64,000 bases of DNA, taken from an archaeon. GTDB lineage: Archaea; SpSt-1190; DYHY01. The stretch spans positions 1 to 64,000 of the forward strand of contig JAZDJS010000002.1 of the NCBI GenBank assembly GCA_043803745.1. Direction: 5' to 3'. Positions 1 through 8,751 of the stretch are shown here, piece by piece. Below the pieces are notes generated by a model. That model was not told where the DNA came from. It saw only the letters and a program-made list of their open reading frames with translations, and did no database searches. The position numbers were made by a program, and so were the translations under genes. The first letter of the stretch is position 1, and the number at the start of each line of letters is the position of its first letter.

Positions 1-346
1 GGCAAACAAAGACGACCCCCTTTTCATCCAAGTTCATCGCTCTTTTTGGCTGATGGAGTTGAAAAATTCCGGGCTCCTTTCCCACCTCGAACGCGAGCTG
101 ACAATGCCGCTCGCGGTTCTTTTCGGCTCCGTTTCAAAAGCGGAACTGCGGGAAGACTCCGACATCGACCTTGTTGTTTTCTCTCAATCTTTTCCAAGAA
201 AGCAGCTCGACCTCGGGGAATTCGAAACGAAATTGAAAAGGAAACTTCATCTCTTCGCAGAAAAGGACAAGGAAACCCTAAAATCAAGGGAACTTTTGTC
301 GTCATATCTCAACGGATTTATAGTTGTGGGTAAGTGGGAAAACTGA
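1..346 (+). CDS. Minimal nucleotidyltransferase (MNT) antitoxin, 5'-truncated by the window edge
   Basis: The frame is open from position 2. It carries the MNT motif VLFGSVSKAELREDSDIDLVV and is paralogous to 6349-6894, with a HEPN-like gene immediately downstream. Confidence 0.85.
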   Translation, partial: ANKDDPLFIQVHRSFWLMELKNSGLLSHLERELTMPLAVLFGSVSKAELREDSDIDLVVFSQSFPRKQLDLGEFETKLKRKLHLFAEKDKETLKSRELLSSYLNGFIVVGKWEN

Positions 347-351
347 TTGTG

Positions 352-780
352 ATGGATTGGAGAGAATGCGAGAAAAAAAACCTAACGAAAAAGGTTTCTC
401 CAGACCTTGCCTTTGCCCGCTCGCTTGTAAAGTCAGCCGACAAAAAGTTCGAAACCCAAACGAGGATTGCGATAGACGACATTAGCGCCGCCTCAAAAGT
501 GAGCCTTCTTTATGATTCCCTACGCGAGCTTGCCGAGGCGATTTCTCTGATTAAAGGTTACCGGATCTACAACCACGAGTGCTACTGCGCTTTCTTTTCG
601 GAGATTTTAGGCGAGCCCGATTTAGCCGAGCAGTTTGATGCTTTCAGAAAAATCAGGAACGGGATAAACTACTATGCGCGGGACTTGACAGCCGAAGAGG
701 CGCAAAGCCTAGTTCCCAAACTGGTCGGATTTATCGACAAACTGAAGAAAGAATATCTTTCGGGCGTAAAACGAAAGTGA
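352..780 (+). CDS. HEPN-domain protein (toxin of an MNT-HEPN pair)
   Basis: Helical ~142 aa protein with YDSLRELAEA...NHEC...FRKIRNGINYY, a HEPN-like R-N-x4 motif. It follows the MNT gene. The ATG at 352 is preferred over the GTG at 334. Confidence 0.75.
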   Translation: MDWRECEKKNLTKKVSPDLAFARSLVKSADKKFETQTRIAIDDISAASKVSLLYDSLRELAEAISLIKGYRIYNHECYCAFFSEILGEPDLAEQFDAFRKIRNGINYYARDLTAEEAQSLVPKLVGFIDKLKKEYLSGVKRK

Positions 781-797
781 GAAGTTTGATTGGCCTC

Positions 798-963
798 TTT
801 GAGCAGTTTTAAGAATCAACACGCCGTATACACGGAGAATATAGCGGCGAATTACCCCAACCGGTGAAAAACCTGCTTGGCAAAGTCGGAGGGGCGCGCT
901 TGAGCTCCACTACTAATTTCCGGTTCTTTCAACAGAGGTCAGAGATTCGCAGTCCCGTACGCC
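798..963. repeat. Dispersed intergenic repeat, longest copy
   Basis: 826-886 matches 12655-12715 (acggagaatata...accggtgaaaaacctgcttggcaaagt). 798-899 aligns with 6179-6280. 888-963 matches 3953-4026. Confidence 0.85.
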
Positions 964-1093
964 CCTTGGGAACAGAAGCCTGACTTTTGCCGTTTTCGGG
1001 GGGAAAAGCAAGGTCCCGGGAAACTAGGAAGGAAATTTTGGGCGGGAAGATGACTTTTGCCTCAAGCTCAAACACAAAGTCTCAGGTTTCAAA

Positions 1094-3832
1094 CTAGTCC
1101 CTGAATAGGCCGAGCCAGGCGAGGAAGCTTCGGAAAAGTGACCTTTTAGTGCACTTGGAGTCGATGCAAAGGTTGCTCTTGCACTCGAAACCGTTTTCGC
1201 AATAGCCCTCCTCAATCTGGGGAAGGGGATTGTAAGAAAAGTCGCAGTAATGGCCGCTTTTCCTGCCTCCAGGCATTACGCAGTAATTGGAAATGTTGCA
1301 GCCGTTCTCGCAATCCTTGCCGGCTTTCGGATTGGCGGTCTCTCCGCCCGCTCCCGCTTCCCTCGAAGAGACTATGCACGCGCCGTATCTGCATCCGTTC
1401 TCGCAAGGTATGTCAAAACTGCCAATGAAGACGTCCGAAACGCAGCGCCATTCCCTGACGCCGCAGCCCGTTCCCGCGCAAGCCTGGACTGCGATCGCCT
1501 TTCCGCCCGAGGGGGCCTGGACGCACCAGTCGGAGCGGACAACCGCGTTCTCCCTCGGGGAAACAAGGCCGCTGACATGCCCTTTGGAAAAAGACTCTAG
1601 CCCGCCGTCCGAGTCAAAGCAAGGAACTGCTTCTTCAGTTGCCTTTCCCTTGTCTATGAGGTCCGAGTCGGGGCTGTTGCTTGCGCCATTTTCAGATGAA
1701 GCGTTCCCCTCCAATCCGGCTGTGTGATTGACCGGTTCGGCAACTGCTTCGACAGTTTCGTTTTCTGCTTTTTCATTTCCGACAATTTCCGGCGGAATCT
1801 CAAGATTGCGGTTGTCTTCTTTTGCAGTCGAATTGTCGGCCGTCGAATTCGTATAATTTTCGCTGGAGAAGTTTGTTTGCGGGGCGACAGTTGTGTTGTT
1901 GCTTGCTGGCTGGATGGGGGCCGTAGTTGTTGATATGGAAGATGTTGCGGGTTTCGTTGTTGCGGACGCTATTGGAGTGACTGAGACAAAGCAAAAGGAA
2001 GCGCCCATGTCTGTGTCGGTTCTCCTGTAGTGGTTGAAAGAATAGATAGTCATCTGGGCGAAGGTCTTTTGGATGCTTTCCTCAAAGATTGCGCTCTCGT
2101 TATAGCCAAAGTTAGTTCCTGTGTAATATGCCTTTTTCGCGCCGGCCGAGACCCCCTTTAAGATAACTCCCGCCCCCAAGGGATGGAAAGCGACAGGGTT
2201 GTCAAGACTCAAATTGTAGACTGTTTTGTTCTCGCAAAAGCATGAATGATATGCCGTGCATGTTCTTGTGCTTGCGCAGGCAAACGGGGTGCAAGTCCTA
2301 ACCTGGTACATGAATCCGCCAGGGCATCCGTTTGAGCCGCAAGATACGTTCGAGAAATCTGAGCATGAGCACGAGGGTTCCTGAACCGGCGTAGGGGGGA
2401 CGTATTGATACGTCCGTATGTCAAATGCGCCATTCAAGGGAGCCACTTTCACTGAAACTTTCGCATAGCTTCCGTCCCGCGGTGCTGGATACTTTCTCAG
2501 GCAAACAATCCTCGCTACCGCGTTTGCGGGAAAGCCTCCCTCAAATGAGTCAAGCGCGCTTCTGTTATAGTAGCAGGAATATCCGGGAATATAGTAATCG
2601 GGGATGCCCGGACTATAACTAGGCAAATAACTGCTCAGGGGAAGGGGTTGGTTGTCGAGGTGTATTGTTGTTCTTTTGAAATCCGAATAGGAGATTGTCT
2701 CGCCTGAGTTTCTGACAGTGAAAAAAAGGCTATCCGATTCGTTCCATATAGAGTCGATTACATACCTGGCAACGGAAGGCGTGGTTGTTGTTGCGGTTGT
2801 GACGTTTTTGCATTCGATTTCTTTGACTGCGGAGCAGTTGTTTATCTGACCTGAGGCCGTTGAAACATATCCGAAAAGCCGGAAGTACGGGTAAATGCTT
2901 GAAAGGATTTTTTGCGTTGAAGCCTGGGCTGGCGATTCTGTAGAAACGGAATTTTGGATTGCGAACCAGTCGGCGTAACCAGGCCCCCAGTTTTCGATAG
3001 ACAAGTTGGCATAGGCTCCCGGAACCCCTGAACTGGAATAATTCATAGTGCCGTCTATGCTAACTACGCTTCCGTTAATCGCACATGTGCCGCTTAGCTG
3101 TGCTGAGCAAGATGCGCCGGTAATAGACACTATTGGAACTACCGACCTTATGCAAAAGGACGCACCCATATTAGTTTCCGATATTTTATAATGGTCGAAA
3201 GTGTAGATGTATATCTGTGCCAGCCTGATTTTGGATTTTTCGCTTACCGAGCCTGTTTCGCTTACCTCTCCGTTTATTCCGGTGTAGTTGGCGAGCGAAA
3301 GGTTCGACGAGATCCCATTGAAAACAATCCTTGCGCCCGTTGAAGGATCGGAAAACTCAGTTGCTGAAAGGTTCGCCCTGTTAACAGTTCTTCCTGCGCA
3401 TTCTCCTGGAATCGTAGGATAGCTAAATGAAACGTAAATGCTAGCATTAATCGACACGTTTGAGTGACTTCCTGCAGAGCCTTTCACATTGATAGGCACC
3501 CTGTAGGCGACTCCTGGAGCAAACGAGTTACCAGGAGAGATTCTTACATGGAATCTTTTAAAGTCTCCGCCAGCTATCGAAAGCGTCGAAGGGCTGATCC
3601 AGTCCACAACATAATGATTCAGCGTGCTGTTTTCAACCGATATTGTGTAGTCGCCCGTAGTGTTTGCTAGGCTTGATAAAACAAACTGCAGGGGCTCCCC
3701 AGCGTAAGGAAGAGTATAGTTGCCAGAGGCTGGGCTGAGTGTTACTACAGAATATCCTGCGCCAAAAAGGAATGGAACAGAGAAAAGAATTGTGAAAACC
3801 AAAAACGCCACAGAACTCCTATTGGAAGCCAT
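1094..3832 (-). CDS. Secreted/surface Cys-rich multidomain protein (912 aa)
   Basis: Signal peptide, two copies of an ~89-aa domain ending MGASFC, Thr/Ser linkers, a CFDSDGG module, and a Cys-rich C-terminal domain ending in an amphipathic helix (SLFRSFLAWLGLF). Confidence 0.85.
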   Translation of the reverse strand: MASNRSSVAFLVFTILFSVPFLFGAGYSVVTLSPASGNYTLPYAGEPLQFVLSSLANTTGDYTISVENSTLNHYVVDWISPSTLSIAGGDFKRFHVRISPGNSFAPGVAYRVPINVKGSAGSHSNVSINASIYVSFSYPTIPGECAGRTVNRANLSATEFSDPSTGARIVFNGISSNLSLANYTGINGEVSETGSVSEKSKIRLAQIYIYTFDHYKISETNMGASFCIRSVVPIVSITGASCSAQLSGTCAINGSVVSIDGTMNYSSSGVPGAYANLSIENWGPGYADWFAIQNSVSTESPAQASTQKILSSIYPYFRLFGYVSTASGQINNCSAVKEIECKNVTTATTTTPSVARYVIDSIWNESDSLFFTVRNSGETISYSDFKRTTIHLDNQPLPLSSYLPSYSPGIPDYYIPGYSCYYNRSALDSFEGGFPANAVARIVCLRKYPAPRDGSYAKVSVKVAPLNGAFDIRTYQYVPPTPVQEPSCSCSDFSNVSCGSNGCPGGFMYQVRTCTPFACASTRTCTAYHSCFCENKTVYNLSLDNPVAFHPLGAGVILKGVSAGAKKAYYTGTNFGYNESAIFEESIQKTFAQMTIYSFNHYRRTDTDMGASFCFVSVTPIASATTKPATSSISTTTAPIQPASNNTTVAPQTNFSSENYTNSTADNSTAKEDNRNLEIPPEIVGNEKAENETVEAVAEPVNHTAGLEGNASSENGASNSPDSDLIDKGKATEEAVPCFDSDGGLESFSKGHVSGLVSPRENAVVRSDWCVQAPSGGKAIAVQACAGTGCGVREWRCVSDVFIGSFDIPCENGCRYGACIVSSREAGAGGETANPKAGKDCENGCNISNYCVMPGGRKSGHYCDFSYNPLPQIEEGYCENGFECKSNLCIDSKCTKRSLFRSFLAWLGLFRD

Positions 3833-3943
3833 CTCTAGGTGCGCGCAGCCTTTTTCAAATAAAAAGGTTTCTTTTAATGGGAAGCGCCGCAGTGGAAAAA
3901 GCGAAGGACTGGAGAACGCATTTCCTATGCGGGGGTTCCCTTG

Positions 3944-4026
3944 GGGGGATTTGGAGGGGCGCTTTGAGCTCCACTACTTTTTCAGGTTCTTTCAACAGCG
4001 GTCAGAGATTCGCAGTCTCGTACGCC
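3944..4026. repeat. Dispersed repeat copy (direct repeat of 888-963)
   Basis: ggaggggcgctttgagctccactactttttcaggttctttcaacagcggtcagagattcgcagtctcgtacgcc is nearly identical to 888-963 and includes the stop codon of 4002-4457. Confidence 0.9.
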
Positions 4027-4457
4027 TCAAGTATCTTTTTGGCTGCGGTTCGGAGATCCAAGGCAGAGTCCGCGTTCTGGGAGATTTCTGCGAACTTCTG
4101 GGTAAGGGGGTGGTCCTCCCCCAGAGCCAGTTCGGAAAGCATCGCAGGCACTTCTGCCGTCTGCGCGGCAAGCAGCTTAAGCTTTCCCACTCCGGCGAAC
4201 TTGGAGGAAACATCCCTTAGGGACGTAATTGGCCCGGAAAAATCCCCTTCTCCCTTGGTTCTAATCTTTACCGGAAGGTCCGGATATGCGGCAACATGGT
4301 TCAAAACACTCAGCGCATCATAGAGGTGGTCCTCGTGCGAATAAGCCTTTCCAGGAGGAAGGGCCTTGAGCGTTATTTGGGTGTAAGCTTCCGAACCGTC
4401 GGCAGCCTTGGCTTTTCTGACCTTGGATGAGATACTTGTGCCTTCAAAACCCGCCAT
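4002..4457 (-). CDS. Hypothetical protein (151 aa)
   Basis: ATG start with an AT-rich upstream region and protein-like composition. No motif recognised. Confidence 0.6.
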   Translation of the reverse strand: MAGFEGTSISSKVRKAKAADGSEAYTQITLKALPPGKAYSHEDHLYDALSVLNHVAAYPDLPVKIRTKGEGDFSGPITSLRDVSSKFAGVGKLKLLAAQTAEVPAMLSELALGEDHPLTQKFAEISQNADSALDLRTAAKKILEAYETANL

Positions 4458-4630
4458 ACTTTCAGCAGGCTTAATCGGTTAATAAATCCTACCCGGCCAT
4501 CTTGCAAAAGAAACAACTTCGCGCGTAAATCGCCGTTCCCCGGAAATAAGCAAAAACCCCGTTTCAGATTTGATTCTCGCCCTTTGGAAGGGCCTTTTGG
4601 AAACGCTCAAAGGAAGCGGCCCAACAAGCC

Positions 4631-5611
4631 TCAGTACAAGGCGTTCATCACATAACCAATTATGATTATCCCCGCCAAGGTTATCCCGAGGAATATGCCA
4701 AGCAATTTGTCCTTCATGACTTTCCTCAGAATCATCAGTTCGGGTATCGAGACGGTGACAATCGCGGTCATGAACGCTAGAGCCGTTCCGAGGGGAATTC
4801 CCTTTCCGACCAAAGCCTCCATTATGGGAACTACGGAGACTGAATTTGCGTAAAGCGGAGCCCCGAGAAGGACTGCCGCGGGAACCGCCCACCACTCTTT
4901 TGACGCGAGGTATTTCTCGACAAAGCCCGTAGGGACAAACCCGTGTATCAGGGCGCCTATTCCAACGCCCAAAACGACATAAGGAAAGACCTGCCGTGTT
5001 ATTTCAAATCCGGCTTCCCACCAGATTGAAATTCTCTCTTTCAACGAGGGCTCCGTTCCCCCGTGCTCCTTTTCCACCTGTGCCTTGGACTTGAATTTCA
5101 GCAAGTCCCTTCTCACGTATTTGTCAAGCTTCAGCCGCTGAATCAGCAGTCCCCCAAGAACGGCGACGACAATTCCCACCAGATTGTAAATCAGAGTGAC
5201 TTTCCAGCCGAACATCGCCGGAAACAAATAGAGCGAAGCCTCGTTTATCAATGGGGAAGAAATCAAAAAGGCGAAAGTTATCCCCAAGGGAATTCCCGCC
5301 CCGACAAATCCGATGAAAAGGGGGATTGACGAGCAGGAGCAAAAGGGAGTGGCTACCCCAAGAAGCGCCGCGAAAAGATAGTCTAGGCCGAACCACCTGC
5401 GTTTTGTCAGGATATCCTTGATTTTCTCCATCGGGAAATAATACCTGACAACAGCCATCAGGAGGTTTATCAGGACGAGAAGAAGCCCTATCTTCATCAC
5501 GTCATAGACGAAGAAATTCAGGGAAGCCCCTAGGTGCGTCCCCTTTCCGACTGAAAGCCAGGAATAGACAACAGTGTCGGCAAAACTTTGAATTGGCGAG
5601 AAAATGTCCAT
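4631..5611 (-). CDS. DUF318/ArsP-family permease
   Basis: TPFCSCSSIPLFIG and GAPLYANSVSVVPI motifs, multiple TM helices, in an operon with thioredoxin and ArsR. Confidence 0.9.
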   Translation of the reverse strand: MDIFSPIQSFADTVVYSWLSVGKGTHLGASLNFFVYDVMKIGLLLVLINLLMAVVRYYFPMEKIKDILTKRRWFGLDYLFAALLGVATPFCSCSSIPLFIGFVGAGIPLGITFAFLISSPLINEASLYLFPAMFGWKVTLIYNLVGIVVAVLGGLLIQRLKLDKYVRRDLLKFKSKAQVEKEHGGTEPSLKERISIWWEAGFEITRQVFPYVVLGVGIGALIHGFVPTGFVEKYLASKEWWAVPAAVLLGAPLYANSVSVVPIMEALVGKGIPLGTALAFMTAIVTVSIPELMILRKVMKDKLLGIFLGITLAGIIIIGYVMNALY

Positions 5612-5863
5612 CTAGCTTTTCGCCTTCAATATTATCGCCTTTATCTTGGAAATGTCCGGGGTGTAGCCGGTCATCACAATCTTTCCGTCAATTGCCAAAG
5701 CGGGGCTAGATATTGCACCTAACTCAATTAGCTTCTCTATCCCCTTGCTTCCGCTTACGTATTCCACCTTTAGGCCCTTGTCAAGTTCAGCGGCAGCCTT
5801 TTGCGCTGTCTCAAAAAGCTTCCTGCACGTCGGGCAGCCCGAACCAATCACCCGTATTTTCAT
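5612..5863 (-). CDS. Small thioredoxin-like redox-active disulfide protein (MTH895 type)
   Basis: MKIRVIGSGCPTC...SSPALAIDGKIV. Confidence 0.9.
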   Translation of the reverse strand: MKIRVIGSGCPTCRKLFETAQKAAAELDKGLKVEYVSGSKGIEKLIELGAISSPALAIDGKIVMTGYTPDISKIKAIILKAKS

Positions 5864-6123
5864 TTCCTTTTTCCTCCGGCAATCGAAAGAATTTTCGTTA
5901 TCCTTTCATCCTTGATCGAATAGAGGACTTTTCGCCCATCTCTCCTTGACTTGACAAGCCCCCACTCCGAGAGTTTTGCAAGATGCATTGAGCAGTTTGG
6001 TTGCGTCGTCTTGGCAATTGCCGGAAGCTCGCAGGCGCATTTTTCTCCCTTGACAAGCTCTTTCAGTATTCGGTGTTTGGTCATTTCCCCGAGAGCCCTG
6101 AATACTTTAAGGTCTTTTGACAT
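5860..6123 (-). CDS. ArsR/SmtB-family transcriptional repressor
   Basis: FRALG...GEKCACEL...SMHLAKLSEWGLVKSRRDGRKVLYSI. Confidence 0.9.
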   Translation of the reverse strand: MSKDLKVFRALGEMTKHRILKELVKGEKCACELPAIAKTTQPNCSMHLAKLSEWGLVKSRRDGRKVLYSIKDERITKILSIAGGKRK

Positions 6124-6141
6124 ATCAACAAGTATTGATAT
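6122..6141. promoter_or_regulatory. Putative ArsR operator (inverted repeat ATATCAA-N6-TTGATAT) overlapping the arsR start codon
   Basis: Perfect 7-bp arms seen in sequence at the start of an ArsR operon, a family that typically autoregulates. Confidence 0.6.
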
Positions 6142-6178
6142 TTGGTTTATATTCCTTTCTACGGCCTTTCAGGCGAGA

Positions 6179-6280
6179 TTTTGAGTGATTTTAAAAATGC
6201 ACACGTCACGTGCACACCGAATATAGCGGTGAATTGCCACGAGGCAGATAAATCCATCTAGGTGGCGCCGGAGGGGCGAA
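6179..6280. repeat. Diverged copy of the dispersed intergenic repeat
   Basis: ttgag...ttttaa...acacg...gaatatagcggtgaatt...cggaggggcg is collinear with 798-897. Confidence 0.65.
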
Positions 6281-6329
6281 CGGTCCCGCACATAAAGTTA
6301 AGAGCCGCACCAAAACGCATTTAAACAGT

Positions 6330-6356
6330 TGTTCATTTTATTGAACATATGTTCAA
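6330..6356. promoter_or_regulatory. Putative antitoxin operator: three TGTTCA/TGAACA half-sites, including the perfect 16-bp palindrome TTGAACATATGTTCAA over the ATG
   Basis: Seen directly. A TATA-like TTTAAA lies at 6320-6325, about 25 bp before the ATG at 6349. Confidence 0.6.
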
Positions 6357-6894
6357 AGAATTAAACGTTTTGGAGCCTCTTTTCGAAAGGCCAACAAAGG
6401 AGTTCAGCGTAAGGGAGTTGGCAAAGGTGGTGAAAATATCCCCCGCAACGGCAAGTTCAAAGTTAAGGTTTCTGGAAAAACGGGGGTTGTTGTCCTACCG
6501 AAAAGAGCATAATCTCGACCTCTACAAGGCGGACCTGACGAGCGATGCGTTTAGGGATATCAAGGTTTATTACAACATCAGGAAAATACGGGAATCGGGC
6601 ATTATCGAAGAATTGAATAAATTTTATCTTAAACCAACGATTGTCCTTTTCGGCTCTATGTCATTCGGCCTTGACACGGAAACCTCGGACATCGACCTCC
6701 TCATATTGACTGCGAATAAGGAACCATTCCCAAAGAAAGAAGCGTTCGAGGAAAAACTCCGACGGGAAATCCAGATTTTCGCAGTCAAGGACATGAAGGC
6801 GCTGCGAAACGAGCACTTGATAAGCAACGTATTAAACGGGATAACTCTTCAGGGTGAACTGAATTGGAGCAAAGTAATAGGAAGCAAAGAATAG
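6349..6894 (+). CDS. wHTH + minimal nucleotidyltransferase (MNT) antitoxin
   Basis: N-terminal HTH (FSVRELAKVVKISPATAS) and the MNT motif VLFGSMSFGLDTETSDIDLLI. Confidence 0.9.
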   Translation: MFKELNVLEPLFERPTKEFSVRELAKVVKISPATASSKLRFLEKRGLLSYRKEHNLDLYKADLTSDAFRDIKVYYNIRKIRESGIIEELNKFYLKPTIVLFGSMSFGLDTETSDIDLLILTANKEPFPKKEAFEEKLRREIQIFAVKDMKALRNEHLISNVLNGITLQGELNWSKVIGSKE

Positions 6895-7334
6895 CGGGCC
6901 TTGAGGACTGCTTGAAACGGGGCTATGTGAAGGAAACGAAGGCGGATTTCCAAAGGGCAACTTCTTTGGTTGAGCAGGCGACTGCCGACGAACGCTCGGT
7001 CAAGGAAGCTAAGCTAACCGAGTTAAACGTTTCGACCTACGTGGTTGTCGCGTATTCGTCCCTTCGCGAAACTCTTGAAGCGGTTTGCCTCCTGAACGGA
7101 CTTCACGTTACCTCCCACATTTGCGTGGGCGAGGTCGCAAGGAAGTTCATACCTAACTTTTCATTTTCCGACTTTGACAGGTTCAGGTTTGCCAGAAACG
7201 GCATAAGTTATTACGGAACAAAAATTGAATTTGAGGAAGGAAGGGGCCTAATCGGCGAAATCCTTTTGATGAAAAGGGCTGTTGCGGAATACATCGAAAG
7301 CAAATGGAAGCTGGGCGTAAAGGGCCTAGAATAA
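6864..7334 (+). CDS. HEPN-domain protein (toxin of the second MNT-HEPN pair)
   Basis: YSSLRETLEA...SHIC...FRFARNGISYYG, paralogous to 352-780. The start codon is uncertain. Confidence 0.75.
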   Translation: MEQSNRKQRIAGLEDCLKRGYVKETKADFQRATSLVEQATADERSVKEAKLTELNVSTYVVVAYSSLRETLEAVCLLNGLHVTSHICVGEVARKFIPNFSFSDFDRFRFARNGISYYGTKIEFEEGRGLIGEILLMKRAVAEYIESKWKLGVKGLE

Positions 7335-7356
7335 GGCGCGGGGGCTTCCTGGGCGG

Positions 7357-7394
7357 CGGGATTTGAAGGGGCGAACCGGCTTCACTAACAGAGG
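7357..7394. repeat. Short degenerate copy of the dispersed repeat
   Basis: ggggatttgaaggggcg...cttcacta-acagagg resembles 3945-4000 and 888-938 with an internal deletion. Confidence 0.45.
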
Positions 7395-7431
7395 CTCCCG
7401 GGGCCCCGTCAGCCGAAAACCTTAAATACCC

Positions 7432-7451
7432 TTATGAATATATATTCATAA
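7432..7451. promoter_or_regulatory. Perfect 20-bp palindrome TTATGAATATATATTCATAA upstream of the DUF134 operon
   Basis: Seen directly, just downstream of a TATA-like TTAAATA (7422-7428). Confidence 0.7.
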
Positions 7452-7473
7452 CTAAAAGGAGATTGAAAGAAAA

Positions 7474-7722
7474 ATGCCGAATTTTGACGGGACCGGCCCT
7501 GCGGGCCGCGGATTTGGGATGGGAAAAGGCCCCTGTGGACGTGGAAGGGGCTTCGGAGCGGGGATTGGCCGGGGAATGGGGCGAAGGATTGGGCCGTGTT
7601 TCAATTCGCCGGTTTCGGAAGTTGCCCTCAGCAAGGAGGATGAACGGAAAATTATCGCAGCCCGCTTGGAGGACCTGGGGGCGGAAAAGAAAGAACTTGA
7701 GGAAAAACTGAAGGAACTCTGA
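7474..7722 (+). CDS. DUF5320-family Gly/Arg-rich small protein
   Basis: MPNFDGTGPAGRG...GPCGRG followed by a C-terminal coiled coil. Confidence 0.85.
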   Translation: MPNFDGTGPAGRGFGMGKGPCGRGRGFGAGIGRGMGRRIGPCFNSPVSEVALSKEDERKIIAARLEDLGAEKKELEEKLKEL

Positions 7723-7728
7723 AGAGGG

Positions 7729-8046
7729 ATGCCGAGGCCAAGAATTTGCAGGCGGGTATTTTCCGAGCCGGGAACGGCCTATTTCAAGCCGGCCGGAATA
7801 CCCAAAGCGGGCCTTGAGGAAACCGTGCTTGGAGTTGATGAATACGAGGCAATCCGGCTCTGCGACCTGGAAGGGCTTGACCAGGCTGCCGCAGCCGGGA
7901 AAATGGGAATTTCCCAGCCGACTCTCCACAGGCTCCTTTCAGCCGCCCGCCGGAAGATTTCGGACGCGATTGTCAACGGCAAGGCAATAAGGATCGAGGG
8001 GGGCTCGTTCAGGATAGGCAGTTCATGGGGGAGGAGGATCGGCTGA
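7729..8046 (+). CDS. DUF134 (UPF0251) HTH DNA-binding protein
   Basis: MPRPRICRRV...YFKPAG...EYEAIRLCDLEGLDQAAAAGKMGISQPT...GKAIRIEGG. Confidence 0.92.
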   Translation: MPRPRICRRVFSEPGTAYFKPAGIPKAGLEETVLGVDEYEAIRLCDLEGLDQAAAAGKMGISQPTLHRLLSAARRKISDAIVNGKAIRIEGGSFRIGSSWGRRIG

Positions 8047-8372
8047 TGAAGGTTGCAATAAGCTCAAACGGCAGGACACTTGATTCGGAAGTGAGCGAGT
8101 TCTTCGGCAGGTGCGAGAACTTTTTGATTGTCGAAACTGATGGGAAAAAGGCCGAGATAGTTAGGAATGCGCCGGAGGGAAAGGTCGGAGGGGCCGGAAT
8201 TTCGGCTGCCAAGACAGTCGCGGAAAAGGGGGTCAAAGCAGCAATAGCCGGGAACTTTGGCCCGAACGCGCTTGGGGTACTTGGCCAGTTCGGGATAGGG
8301 GCCTTCTCCGGAAAGGGCTCGGTCCGGGATGTCCTGCGGGATTTTTCAAAGGGGAAGCTGAGGAAGGTCTGA
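8046..8372 (+). CDS. NifB/NifX-family (FeMo-co binding-like) protein
   Basis: MKVAISS...FGRCENFLIV...GAGISAA...GNFGPNA. TGATG overlap with DUF134. Confidence 0.88.
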   Translation: MKVAISSNGRTLDSEVSEFFGRCENFLIVETDGKKAEIVRNAPEGKVGGAGISAAKTVAEKGVKAAIAGNFGPNALGVLGQFGIGAFSGKGSVRDVLRDFSKGKLRKV

Positions 8373-8391
8373 GCGGAGGTTGCGGAACTGA

Positions 8392-8751
8392 ATGATAATA
8401 GCAATTCCTACTGACGGAAAACGGGGCCTGGCTGAATTGGTTGCGGAGCATTTCGGAAGGTGCCGAACATATACTTTTCTTGATGAGCGCGGAGCAATAG
8501 TTGAGATAATCGACAACACCAGCGAGCACATGGGCGGAAGCGGTCTCCCGCCGGAGCTGATGAAAAGGCACGGCGCGGGCGTTCTGCTCTGCAAAAGCCT
8601 CGGGCCGAGGGCGCTCGATTTGTGCGGACATCTCGGGATAACGGTTTTCGTCTGCCAGGCGGGCACGGTGAAAGAGGCGTTCAAAATGTTCAAGGCCAAG
8701 AAGGCGAAGAAAGCGGGCCAAGACGACATCTGCGAGGAGCATCGGAAATGA
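8392..8751 (+). CDS. NifB/NifX-family protein
   Basis: MIIAIPT...EHFGRC...LGPRA. Confidence 0.88.
   Translation: MIIAIPTDGKRGLAELVAEHFGRCRTYTFLDERGAIVEIIDNTSEHMGGSGLPPELMKRHGAGVLLCKSLGPRALDLCGHLGITVFVCQAGTVKEAFKMFKAKKAKKAGQDDICEEHRK

Noticed and set aside
8046-8751. NifB/NifX proteins as evidence of nitrogen fixation
   Set aside because: There is no nifHDK in the window, and this domain family is common in non-diazotroph DUF134 operons.
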